From: Lingula anatina
Lineage: Eukaryota; Animalia; Brachiopoda
Assembly (NCBI GenBank): GCA_051362555.1
Contig: CM120641.1
Location: forward strand, 42,414,401 to 42,478,400
DNA length: 64,000 nucleotides
Direction: 5' to 3'
Shown: positions 42,833 to 52,947 of the stretch, one piece after another
Numbering within the stretch: position 1 is the first letter of the stretch
How the letters are laid out: each line of letters begins with the position of its first letter
Position numbers and translations under genes: made by a program
Notes under the pieces: model-generated
What the model was told of the DNA's origin: nothing
What the model saw: only the letters and a program-made list of their open reading frames with translations
The model's database searches: none

Positions 42833-45800
42833 GTGTGTGGGTGTGTGCATACATACTTATCAGACAGCTATTACATGTATCATATTACACTTCTGTATAA
42901 TTTTCCAGGACAAAGATGGCCAGCAAGCAGAGAACATGGTGTACACAGTTCTGCGCCAACGACACATGAAAGAAGGCATCCATCTTGAAGACCAGTTGGA
43001 AAAGGAGCGAGCAGCCATGTTAGCTCAGGCCCGTGCCCAAATGGAAGAACAACGCCAAGGAGAGAGGGAGAAACTGATGGCAGCATTCGAACAAGTCAGT
43101 GTGCTTCTGCTAATCTTATCCTATTATCCATAATACTGTTATTTTTATGTTCTAGCAAAGTGCCATGTACATTGTGTTGCAAACATGTACACTATTTTGA
43201 AAAACGTGCACCTGCTGCTCTGCAAAACATTACACAGTGACCAAAAAAAACAGTAACACTTTCATGTTTATCAATTGTATTATGTCACACAGTGTCACAT
43301 CTATCTGCTACACCAGTCTCACTGGGACATAATATTTAACCCAGCAAATGTGTTACTATGGTTAAAAAAAAGAAAAAATTCTTACAAATAAGGCAAATGA
43401 GATATATGTAAAATGTTGCACATTCTTGTCTGGTAATGAGGTAATGGAAATGACAGGTTTTGAAGATCAAAGTTTTACTGTCCAACATTCATTTTAGGAA
43501 CTCATGGACCTCATAGCCAACTCTGCCTCCTTGAAAAATGGAGAACTTCAGGAGAAGAAAGAAGAACTTAAACGTCAACAACAGGTAAAATGAGATGCAC
43601 CTGAATATGTAAAAATATTTTAACATTGTCTTTGACTTTGTTATAATACTTAACATGCTGCTTAAAATGCTTTGCTGTTGCAGTCCTTACTTATAGTATA
43701 CTGAATATTTAAGCCAATAATGGACACATTAATTGTGTTGCTTATATCAAATGCAATTGTAACAAGTATTTTATATTATGTTGTGATATGTCAAGAATTA
43801 TTGATATTGGAACCAGAAGTAATTTCTTACAATTAAGGAAGTGTCATTATGATTTTCAAATTCTCCACATTGCTTTTCAGCGAATTCTTGGTGAGTTTGA
43901 CCTCCTCACTCCACAACTGGTGAAACAGGAAGAAAAGGATGCAGACAGGCTTGCAGACATAAAATCAACCAATGAACGCCTTGCTTTGAAAGAGCGTCAA
44001 CTTCGTGAGTTGGCTGAAGCCATGCGCAACCTGACTGCTGAGGAGAAATTAATGAAGGAATATGAAGAAGAGGCCAAACGAGCTGCAGAGGAAATGATCA
44101 AATTTAAGGAAGATTCACTTAAAAAGATGCAGGAAGAAATGGAAAAGATGAAGGCTGATAAACTAAGACAGGAAGAAGAGAAGAAAAGGATGATGGCTGA
44201 AAAGCTCAGGTAGAATTTAGCTGGACATCTGCCAATTTTTTTCATGAGTTAGAAGTTAGAAATATGTTTATTATTACAAGCCTTAGGGTCATATAAGATT
44301 GAAAATAACATGAGGGTACCAATGGAAATAAAAAATATATACTGCTTTTAAATTGATAATGCATAAAATTTTATCCTGTATCAATTTTAGACAAATGGAA
44401 GAAGATCTGGAGGCAGACAAAAAACGTGAAGAGGAACGAGAGAAACAACGAGCTGCAGAAAGAGAAAGAGTCCATAAAAAACAAATGGAAGAGCGTGATC
44501 AGCGACGTCGTCAGGAAATTGCTACAATGGAAACTAGTGAAGAAGAAAAAGAACGCCTTCTGCGGGAGCACAAAGAGAACATGGAGAAATTTGATCAGTC
44601 GTTGAAGAAAGAGCAAGAACGTAGCAAATCTGCATTGCAAGCTAAACTTGAGGCACGAAGAAACAAGCAAAAGGCATCTCAATCAGCCATGTTGGAGAAA
44701 GATATTCAGTTAGAACAGGAGGAAGAATATAAGCGTGAACTGAAGAGAAAGATGGAGGAGGAGGCACTGAGGAAGAAAGATGAAGAAGGTGGAATGGGAC
44801 AGCACACCCCTGGGCAACAGGTATGATGTCTGCTAAATTTATGGTCATCATTGTTATTGAATTTAAGGTATAGACTCATATTCCTTATATTTTCTGCTTG
44901 ATCCATGTTATGCACCAAGATAAAAATTTAATGAAAAAAAAACACCCAAGAGGTTAAAGAAAACATCTAAATGAATTCAAAGCCATTAAAACTAATTTAA
45001 ATATTTCCAATATTGTGTGTATTTTTTCCTTATTTTTTCAAGGTTTACCTTTTTAAAACATTGTATAGCTGAGTAATTGTATTATTTATTTCAGTCTGGT
45101 CATATGCCCTTCATGCCCACTGGTAATGCAGAGCAGGACTGGGTGAACATGCTGATGGCATCCCCATTGTTCCAACAGATAAGTGATCTGGAGAACCTGC
45201 TGGACAAGACTGTGGGAGCAGGACCGTCAAATAAAGTCATAGGTAAAAAGTCTTTGCCTTTAAAAACTTTATTATTGATATGTTGTCATTTTTGTAATGC
45301 CTGGCAGTGCAATTGGAGCAAAATCAGCAGTTGTGGAGTTTAGTAAGAATAAGGTAAACAAAGCTGAGATATTTGTCGCTGATAACTGATTGCTCAAAAC
45401 AATTTTAGACTTCTGAATGAAGCTGTTAAAGTGATACTTTCATATCAAAGTGCTTATTTCATAAAGAATACAATGATGCCACATACAGTGTATACACAAT
45501 ATTTTATACGACAGAGCTTAACCAACTTAAATGAACTGTATGTAGAATGTTTTTTCACTATGTTTTCACTATGTTATACAGGTGCTGACTACAGCAGATC
45601 CTACCTGGATGTGAAGGATGCACAGTGGGTGTGCAAAGGTGACCTCGTCCCAGTGGACATTAATGACATAAGTGCGAGCCAGTTTGTGGTTTACCGCTTT
45701 GGTGTCTTTATCAACCGCATGCTTCATCAGCTGGTGGGCGCTCCTGACGTAACTCTTCTTCTGGCTTCCAATCTGCCTCCAAACAACTATGAGTTCAATG

Positions 45801-47848
45801 CCTTCAGGAACTCCTTCTTTTACGAGCATGCACGCAAGATTCTGTTCATCAGGGCAGAAAGATTGGAATCTGTTGGGGACTTCATTGTTGTCATCTTGCA
45901 CTGTTTGGCTCACATTAAAGTTGGAGATCTGGCTGATGACACAAATCCTCTCTTTTTGCGGCAGTTCTATAAGGTGGGTGATCTAAACTGTGTTTTCTTA
46001 GGAACTATAATTTAATGAAATTGATATTACATGTATTATTTGATTTACATTATTACTTGCTAGAAACAGTCATTTTCAAAAATTACTTTAAAACATCTTA
46101 AATGAAAAAAACTGAAAGATTTCTCATACATCATTTAATAAAGCTCCTAGCTTTGTAATGAAATACTTTCTATATCATTCATAGATCATTAAAACTGAGG
46201 GTATTCAATTACTTTTAGTCCATGAGAGCTGTTTGCCAGGATATGTTCTTTGCACGGTCTCGCAGCACAACAAATGCGGAGTCACTGATTGGATCAGGCA
46301 GTGGCAGAACTGCGCTAGAAAAGGCCTTCAAACACGCTAAAACACCTGACCAAAAGGCAAATGTATTTGGAGAACTTGTTGAGCAGAAAATGACTGGAAA
46401 TGTAGACTTCTCTGATAAGGTATGTTGTCTTCTTTAAAATTTCCTTGAGTCGTTTCAATGAAAGAAAAAAATGCATGTTGAATATCTCTTTTGAAATTTA
46501 TGGTTCAGCTAATATTTAATTTATTTTGATAATATTTAAACTCTTTTATTTTTCAATTTTAAAAATAATGATGCTCAGGAAAACCTCTGTTTCTAAACTG
46601 TAGCAAAAAATGCAACTGACTATTTTTGCAGAATAAATATAAAATATGTTTCTTTGCTTCCAGACTATGTCAAATCGTATTCAAGGCTATGAAGCTTTCT
46701 CTGGCAATGCCCAGCTTCGCCAGGTTCTAGCTTCCAAGGGAGGAATAGCAGCATCTGGCGACTTTATTGCAGACCGCTTGGCAGAGCTAAGAGGGAAGAA
46801 GGGGAATAGAAGCAAAACTGACCGAAAGTAAGATGATGGCTAAGTTCACAGACACTTTCAGATACATGTTGACTAATGGCATTCACCAGCATTTTTGCAA
46901 TACCTGTGTCACAGTTTGTTAAGTGGTCTTTTATGCGATACAAATATTCTGTTTGAAGTTTGAACTGTCTTAATTGTCAAACAGAAAGCCACTTGTTACA
47001 TATATTCTTTTTATAGCTACATTATCTACTTGTATTCTTTTGCAGGGGTATGTTCAAGCAGCGTCACCTGGACAGCCATCAAGATCTGGTGGAATCTCAG
47101 TTGAAGCACCTGCAGGACAGGTGTGACACACTCAATGCAGAGCTGGCACAGGTACACAGCTGTTTCTGTTATCATTTCATATGTTCAAACAGATTTTCAA
47201 TCAGAACTTCCAATAGACAGTACTGTCAATGTTACTTGTACACATCGCATTTGTTGACATTGCAGGAAAAGATAATACAAACAGTTTTGTTTTCTTATTG
47301 TTGGTTATTTTAAAACATTACTGACATAAAATAATAATGCCACATACTCTGTATGTGAGAGATTATAAACATGCTGTCAACTAGAATTTGTAATAACAAA
47401 AAAGTTGGTGTGACCTCTGTATTTGTTAGTCTTGTTGAGTCTATAAAAGATAAAAAGTGAACTTTGCCCACACTCAGGATAGTTAACATTATGGTGAAGA
47501 TATATGTATGTGGAGTCACCTACTACTGGTGCAGTACAAATATGTGCACATATAGATATATTATTTACCCCATATCTAATCAAAAGATGCTAAATCGGTA
47601 ATAAAATATGGGCATTCATTACCAACCTTGTAACTTTTCTCTTTCTCCAGGTAATGAAATCTGCTGCTGACTTGGAGGAGGGCATTAAGAAGCATGAGGA
47701 GAGCGGTGATGACCAGAAACTGGACACACTTAAGCAACAACTGACCACTGTCCAGCAGAGGCGAGATCTCCTGATGAAGAAAGTTGCACACATCGAAACT
47801 GATATAGCCAAGAAAAAACAGGACTTGACCACAGCCAAGAATATGTGA
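1..47848 (+). CDS. Giant Cys-rich (GCC2/GCC3, ephrin-receptor-like repeat) single-pass membrane protein with long coiled-coil cytoplasmic tail; 5'-partial, 85 exons, about 6,600 aa in window
   Basis: Exons read manually, all GT-AG with consistent phases: <1-77, 292-543, 794-1096, 1358-1606, 1927-2148, 2450-2596, 2867-2982, 3249-3526, 3913-4205, 4489-4641, 4925-5128, 5453-5620, 5895-6177, 6472-6722, 7059-7196, 7465-7654, 7988-8169, 8397-8621, 8883-9220, 9471-9639, 9778-9939, 10262-10414, 10864-11043, 11376-11597, 12008-12118, 12479-12712, 13059-13184, 13688-13849, 14112-14247, 14693-14843, 15017-15320, 15772-15988, 16316-16494, 16761-16940, 17262-17434, 17772-17949, 19606-19743, 20009-20164, 20585-20833, 21137-21289, 21594-21788, 22104-22606, 22913-23264, 23630-23788, 24101-24317, 24617-24816, 25191-25361, 25839-25964, 26315-26515, 26813-27070, 27433-27804, 28153-28510, 28923-29212, 29531-29782, 30320-30543, 31081-31245, 31812-32000, 32333-32700, 32930-33092, 33401-33589, 34003-34216, 34424-34569, 34897-35148, 35468-35741, 36094-36321, 36509-36844, 37195-37440, 37709-37894, 38227-38394, 38712-40132, 40253-40831, 40971-41219, 41525-41758, 42013-42183, 42417-42572, 42909-43094, 43498-43584, 43881-44209, 44391-44820, 45095-45242, 45582-45973, 46219-46419, 46664-46827, 47046-47151, 47651-47848 (TGA). 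Repeating CPxGxYCPxG / CPxGTY motifs match the ORF track. Confidence 0.92.
15538..15705 (+). mobile_element. MITE, ~168 bp, copy 1 (intron 15321-15771)
   Basis: Imperfect TIRs caggcctgtagccag ... ctggctatgggcctg; internal direct repeat agtggaccttttccca; homologous reversed copy at 18016-18182. Confidence 0.8.
18016..18182 (-). mobile_element. MITE, copy 2 of the same family, opposite orientation
   Basis: Aligns end to end with the reverse complement of 15538-15705; ends caggaccatagc ... gctacagtcctg; flanked on both sides by taaat (possible TSD). Confidence 0.8.
18739..18759 (+). CDS. Candidate 21-nt cassette microexon (adds GRGMRMS) of the giant gene
   Basis: ccacag|GCCGCGGGATGAGAATGTCAG|gtattt; phase 1-1, matching the flanking exons; no stop; lies in the longest intron. 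Confidence 0.5.
26019..26191. mobile_element. MITE-like element with ~30-bp terminal inverted repeats
   Basis: ttcatttatgatagatccaaacattttggt is the near-perfect reverse complement of accaaaatgtttggatgtatcataatgaa; left end TA|CAGT is Tc1/mariner-like. Confidence 0.65.
31332..31453. repeat. Tandem duplication, 2 x 61 bp, intronic
   Basis: tatcagatc.tcatgtag.g.gagt.gggattaatttt..agcagtc.tac.agccaacagg occurs twice. Confidence 0.8.
33524..34011 (+). other. Single transmembrane helix of the giant protein (split by an intron)
   Basis: WVLIAILLASVLVLMTIIVIAL|VLF followed by RK (positive-inside), exons 33401-33589 and 34003-34216. Confidence 0.85.
42760..42829. repeat. (CT)n microsatellite, ~35 units
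   Basis: Direct read. Confidence 0.95.
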
Positions 47849-48686
47849 ATGGGATGAAATATTTTTTTATAACAATCAATGTTGATGACATAGACCATAA
47901 ATGAAATCGGACGTAAAACAAGTTTTACATTCAAGACTGAGTTATACTTGATATCATAATCATGCCTGACAGCTCAGTCCAAGACATCAAATGTACAATA
48001 TCAAATCAGACTTGAACAGTTCATGCACAAAGTGACCGTCTTGATATATATGTATGTATTAAGTTATCTGGGCATTTAGTATATTATTTTTCCATCTAGT
48101 ATTGCCTGTAGAAGAATGCTATATGCATTACTACAGCATTTTCTAGATTTAGACACACAGTAGGTCAGATGTTTGATTATCATCATGATAAGACTATGCA
48201 ATTACTATTTCCATCATCTTATGAAGATTATTTAAATCATTGGTGATGCAGTACATATTTATTCAAGAAAATTTCTCCTATTTTTTTATATTTTTATAGT
48301 CTTCTTTTCATTTTTTCAATCCACTATGACTACTGATTTGTACATATTATGATAATTTACGCAATGAAAATGTAAGCAATTGTCTTTACATTCCAATAAC
48401 TGTAGATACTTGATGCCGTCCAATCTCCTGCTTGCCTTTATTTAGTTGAGCAGGGACATTTTTTGTAAATCTTAAAACTTTTTACTGATATTTTGTAAAT
48501 TATATTTACATATAACCGTCCATGCCAAGAGAGACCCATAATGTTAATGTAAAGCATTATAGATATGCATTCCTAGTACAGATAATAGTTTTGATTAACT
48601 AGTCGCTTGTCAGGCAGCTGAACAGTGTTGACCAGTGAACTGTGAGGTTTTTGTTTAATATATATTTATTCGGGGCAGAGGACTGC

Positions 48687-48692
48687 ATTAAA
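48687..48692 (+). promoter_or_regulatory. Candidate polyadenylation signal (ATTAAA) of the giant gene; alternative AATAAA at 48913-48918
   Basis: ATTAAA followed by a T-rich tract at ~48711-48730, about 840 nt after the stop codon. Confidence 0.4.
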
Positions 48693-49280
48693 AAGTGTAA
48701 CATGACTATCTTTTTTTTTCTTTCTTTCTTTATATAGACAATGAATTACTGTGATAAAGTATTAATTGAAACCTATCTCTAGGTTAACTTTTTGTACTAT
48801 TATGCTACCGGTACGTGCATTTACAAATTATAACATATAGCTAGTAGCATCTTTATACTACAATGTATACCTAGTTATATAGTTTGAAAATATTTTGTAC
48901 TTCACATAGTGAAATAAATTCAGTACAGAAATATTTGAAAGCTTTGAGAATCTTTCATTAGTTTTGTGCCTTTTATAAATGAAAGTACTGTTTCCTGTAA
49001 ACATGTTAAGGGGGGGGGGGGGGGGGGGGTAAAAATGCAAGGAAGTAGTGCACGACTCCAAAGATGGGAAAGGATTAAAAAAAACCTTTCCCCCTTTTTG
49101 CTAACATAATTGTTAATTCCTAGGGTTTTTAATTTTTTTTTTTTCAATTATTAAAGATATTATCTTAATTAATTTTTTCTTCAATGGAAACTAGAAATGT
49201 TTCATAATTAAATGCATGGATAATGAAGTGTAGATCTTGTTACTAGTATACATGTATAGTATACCTTGCACCCAGAGATT

Positions 49281-49286
49281 TTTATT
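49281..49286 (-). promoter_or_regulatory. AATAAA downstream of the H1 stem-loop (possible second 3' end)
   Basis: tttatt on the + strand, about 100 nt past the stem-loop. Confidence 0.4.
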
Positions 49287-49360
49287 TGGGGGGGGGTGTC
49301 CACTGGAAAAAAAAAGCAATCAACATCTATTTACAATGTGCGGCATTTTTTATCATTGGC

Positions 49361-49400
49361 TTAGCTTTTCTGTAAAAGTGGGTTGGCCCTGAAAAGGGCC
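49361..49400 (-). terminator. Histone 3' stem-loop (GGCCCTTTTCAGGGCC, 49385-49400) followed by AACCCA and a purine-rich HDE (CAGAAAAGCT)
   Basis: Canonical 6-4-6 SLBP stem-loop, preceded by AAA, 33 nt after the TAG stop. Confidence 0.93.
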
Positions 49401-49433
49401 TTTATAAAGATGGTTAAGACAAGTGATTGCTGT

Positions 49434-50063
49434 CTATGCTTTAGCTGTCTTCTTAGTCTTCTTGGCTGCTGGCTTTGCCTTTGTTGCCTTCTTTGCTGCC
49501 TTTGGTTTTTTGGAGGCAATTTTCTTGGCTTTCTTTGGAGATTTCGATTTCTTGGCTGCTTTGGGTTTTTTGGCAGCTTTCTTTGCGGGTTTCTTGGTCT
49601 TGGGCTTGGATTTTCTCGCCTTCTTTGTTGGGGATTTGGAGGTTGATCTCTTCTTTGGCTTGTTCTTTTTCGGTTTCTTGGGACTCTTCTTCTTGGGCGA
49701 TGCCTTCACTTTACCTAGACGGAAACGACCTGTGCTGCCGGTGGCACTTGAGCCTTTCGGACGAACGAGCAGCCCGCTCTTCAGACCTGCAGCAAACGCT
49801 CGGCGCAGCATAGGACGCAGCATAGCCTCATTTATTCCCGTAAAATTCGCTATGATATATTTGCGAATAGCTTGAGCAGACGATCCACGTTTATTCCCGA
49901 GAGCCTTGATGGCTTGGGTGACCATAGCCAAGGTGGCAGGGTGGACACTGGGCTTTGCCGCCGACTTGGTTCTCTTCTTAGCCTTAGTTGGGGAGCTCTT
50001 AGGCGAAGCAGGTTTCGTGGGAGAGGCAGCCCTCTTTGGAGATCCAGTTTGACTTCCAGCCAT
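49434..50063 (-). CDS. Histone H1-family protein, sperm-type / protamine-like (PL-II/PL-I-like), 209 aa, intronless
   Basis: Winged-helix core HPATLAMVTQAIKALGNKRGSSAQAIRKYI...RRAFAAGLKSGLLVRPKGSSATGSTGRFRL; Lys/Ala/Pro-rich tail; 8 SP[K/T]x motifs. True ATG at 50063 (the ORF-track start at 50093 is GTG). Confidence 0.93.
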   Translation of the reverse strand: MAGSQTGSPKRAASPTKPASPKSSPTKAKKRTKSAAKPSVHPATLAMVTQAIKALGNKRGSSAQAIRKYIIANFTGINEAMLRPMLRRAFAAGLKSGLLVRPKGSSATGSTGRFRLGKVKASPKKKSPKKPKKNKPKKRSTSKSPTKKARKSKPKTKKPAKKAAKKPKAAKKSKSPKKAKKIASKKPKAAKKATKAKPAAKKTKKTAKA

Positions 50064-50107
50064 AGTTTCACAATGTTGTAGCAAAGTTGTCACAGACGGA
50101 AAACTTC

Positions 50108-50227
50108 AACTGAATAAAGAAGATATTGAATTTCCTTTTATTAATATCACGCGGACGTCTGAGAACGCACCTCGAGCTTTTTTGCCAAGAAAACAATATG
50201 GCTTCTCCGTCGTCTGCTTTTGTGTTT
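50108..50227 (-). promoter_or_regulatory. H1 promoter: Inr ATTCAGTT (50108-50115), TATA-like TATTAATAAA (50137-50146), H1/AC box AAACACA (50221-50227)
   Basis: Order and spacing fit H1 promoters (TATA at about -30, AC box at about -110). Confidence 0.7.
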
Positions 50228-52860
50228 TTATAATAAACTCGGGGACATATAGCAGAGAAACCACCGTATAAAATAATTTAGTTTTTGACAGTTTTGTAAA
50301 CTATTCCAAATGCAAGCCTTTTGTGCAATTGGGGCGTTTTGGTGCTAAGATATTCAAGTATTTACACCTTACATGAACGACTGATACTGAAATCAAATGC
50401 ACTATTTACTAAAAATCATTCCATTTTTTACGTAATCGGTATAAAATTAAAGATAAATGTGGTAAATTAGGAATAAATTAGTTGTCTTTCTCTAATGAAG
50501 CCAAGAAAGCTTTCAAAAATGGTTTTATTTTGTCTCGAAAAGATAAAACACACACAACAGAAAACACGTTTTGATTTCGTTTGAGACAGGTATTGATTGG
50601 TATTGACGAAGGTATGAGACAGAATTCTGTGGAAAGCCCCATATATTTTATTCAGTTACCTATCGATGTCAAAACATTTAATAAGTTAGACATGCATTTT
50701 CTGTCTTAAATCGTCTATAATTAAATATGAGAAAACGGCCAATCCACAAAATAAAAAAAAAACAAGCACTGCGCTGGCCGCGTCATGCACGCAAAGGTCC
50801 TAGCTTATGCTAGCTGCAGATAAGTTGTATATCAAAATTTCGAACGATGGATCGAAGTCATATTTACTGTTGAGACGTGTACTTACTAAAACATGATTAT
50901 TTATCACTTTTACTGATCTAACTGCTGTAGATAAATGCTAGACCTAGGCCTATACTATACTATTAGGGACTAGACCTACTATTATTGTAGACCTACATGT
51001 AGCCTACCAATATCAGGTAGCACTGGCCTAGAAATTGCATGGGAAGTCGGTCCTATAAGCTCTTTGCCCTTTGCACATCCTCCGTTTATTTCTAACATCA
51101 GCAATCATAAAAAAAGTCTCCCCAGTGCTATTTTTTTTCTTTTTGTCAATTTAAGATTCTACCTGCAGGGGTCCGGGCTTGTTGTGTGCACTTTGTTAGG
51201 GCACCTTGACATGCCCATGTCTCAACTCATTAGTTACAATATATCGTTTAAAATTATTAAAATGACGAATAGCATTTTCTGTCTTCAAAATAAGATAAAT
51301 ACTTCGATATTTTGTCTTTTAAGATAAAGATATTTGTTTTGTCCAGGCATCCTATTTTTCATTTATTTTTCCTGGGGGGGGGGGGGGGGGGGGGTATTGT
51401 CAATGTGGAAATTTTGTTGGGTGATTAGAGGGTGATGTTGACCCCTGTGGCCGAAATACTAAATTTTTAAAAACGGATTCTACAGTGTATGACTTTCACT
51501 GGATTGTAAATATTTCAATAATTAATATTGACGGAACCGTCAATTTTGAACCGTGGTTTTGCCTAGGAGGGGCGCAAGGACTAATATAAAACGATAGACT
51601 TTTCAGAGGCAGACTGGCGGTTTAGGCCTAGGCCAACAATTTTTTTTAATGATAAATACACAAGTTTCACATACCGTGGATTAATTTAAATGGCAAAGAC
51701 AAAGGAAGATTAGATAAACAAGTGTAAGAAGCCGATGACATAAATTGAAATTGTGGACAAGTAGGGCCTATATAGGGCCTAGGCCTACATCGTGAAATTT
51801 ACAGGAGGCCCTGTAGATAGGCCTACATAAACAATGTGCTAGTAGAATTGAACTTCTGTGAAATAAGTTAGGACACGTAGCCTACAAGGTAGGCCTACAC
51901 GTATACAGTGACTATATAGGGGCCTGCATATGTACACGGGCCCCTGTTACCTTCTGATATTAGGAGCTTCTAAAATAGTAGACCTATACAAAATTCAAGT
52001 TTGAGCGATACAAAAATTTTGTAAGTGAGACTACTACTACCAGTAGGCCTATGGTACGCTGTGGTCAGAGATTAGGGCCCTAGCTGTTGGCAGATGCCCC
52101 CGATGTGGTCCCCGATTGCTAACCCTGAGATCAAGTGATAACAAGTAGCCTACGTAGTACTTAATAAGATACTAAACAAAATGTAAATGCTCTAGCGCTT
52201 TTTATTTCAGCACAAAAAAATCACATTAATCTAAATTAATATCATATACAACAAAGAGTAACATTTAAATCGAGGCTTCCATGCAGAAAGCGGATGACTA
52301 TATTGTGCAGGGCCTATATAAGGTAAGCATTTTGGTGACAGGTGTTCAGATACCTGTAGAACCGAGGTCAGCAGAAGATGGAGAAGAAAGAAGCTTCATG
52401 CCGCATTGCCACAGACTTTACAAGTTACCTTAAGTTTATATTGTTGAAGTCGGCAGCAATCTGTTGTAAGTACTGGATAGATGTAAAATAGCATTGCATA
52501 TTTTGCGTTGAAGTTATTTGAAAATTTCGCACTTTAGACAGAATGGAAAGTCTACTTACGTAAACGATATTTTCCGTTAAATCCCCAAACCAGTAAAGAT
52601 TCTTAAAAAAATATAATCTGATATTTATCATAGGAAATAAAGAAGTAAAAGGCTAATTCCAGCGGTACAATTTTTGTTACTACAATGTATGTCACTCTTC
52701 AGTTTTTCCAATGTTCATTATCTCATTCACATTTCGTTGCTTGATAATACATTAGTCGAACTGTTTTACATCCATATATAAAGAATTAAAAAGATTAACC
52801 AAAACATCCCCGTGCCCTACAAATTACAGTAAAATTGTCTTTTCATTTTTTAAATATTTT

Positions 52861-52947
52861 TCGAGCAAAGCGAGAAAATTTTGTATCCTCGTGCACCCCC
52901 CCCCCCCCCCCCCCCCCCCCCTTTGCAAAATCCTAGATCCGCCAGTG
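52861..52947. mobile_element. Terminal fragment of a MITE-like element
   Basis: Poly-C tract followed by cctagatccgccagtg, a terminus style common in invertebrate non-autonomous DNA elements; no matching left end found. Confidence 0.4.

Noticed and set aside
42588-43133. ERERER / SLSLSL ORFs
   Set aside because: Translations of the intronic (CT)n microsatellite.
1-47848. Non-canonical (GC-AG or AT-AC) introns, stop readthrough or selenocysteine in the giant gene
   Set aside because: All junctions resolved as GT-AG with consistent phase, and I saw no in-frame stop before 47846.
49383-50081. Hydrophobic + strand ORFs resembling membrane proteins
   Set aside because: Antisense shadow of the Lys/Ala-rich H1 codons.
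50064-50093. N-terminal extension MTTLLQHCET of H1
   Set aside because: Begins at GTG within the probable 5' UTR; the first ATG is at 50063.
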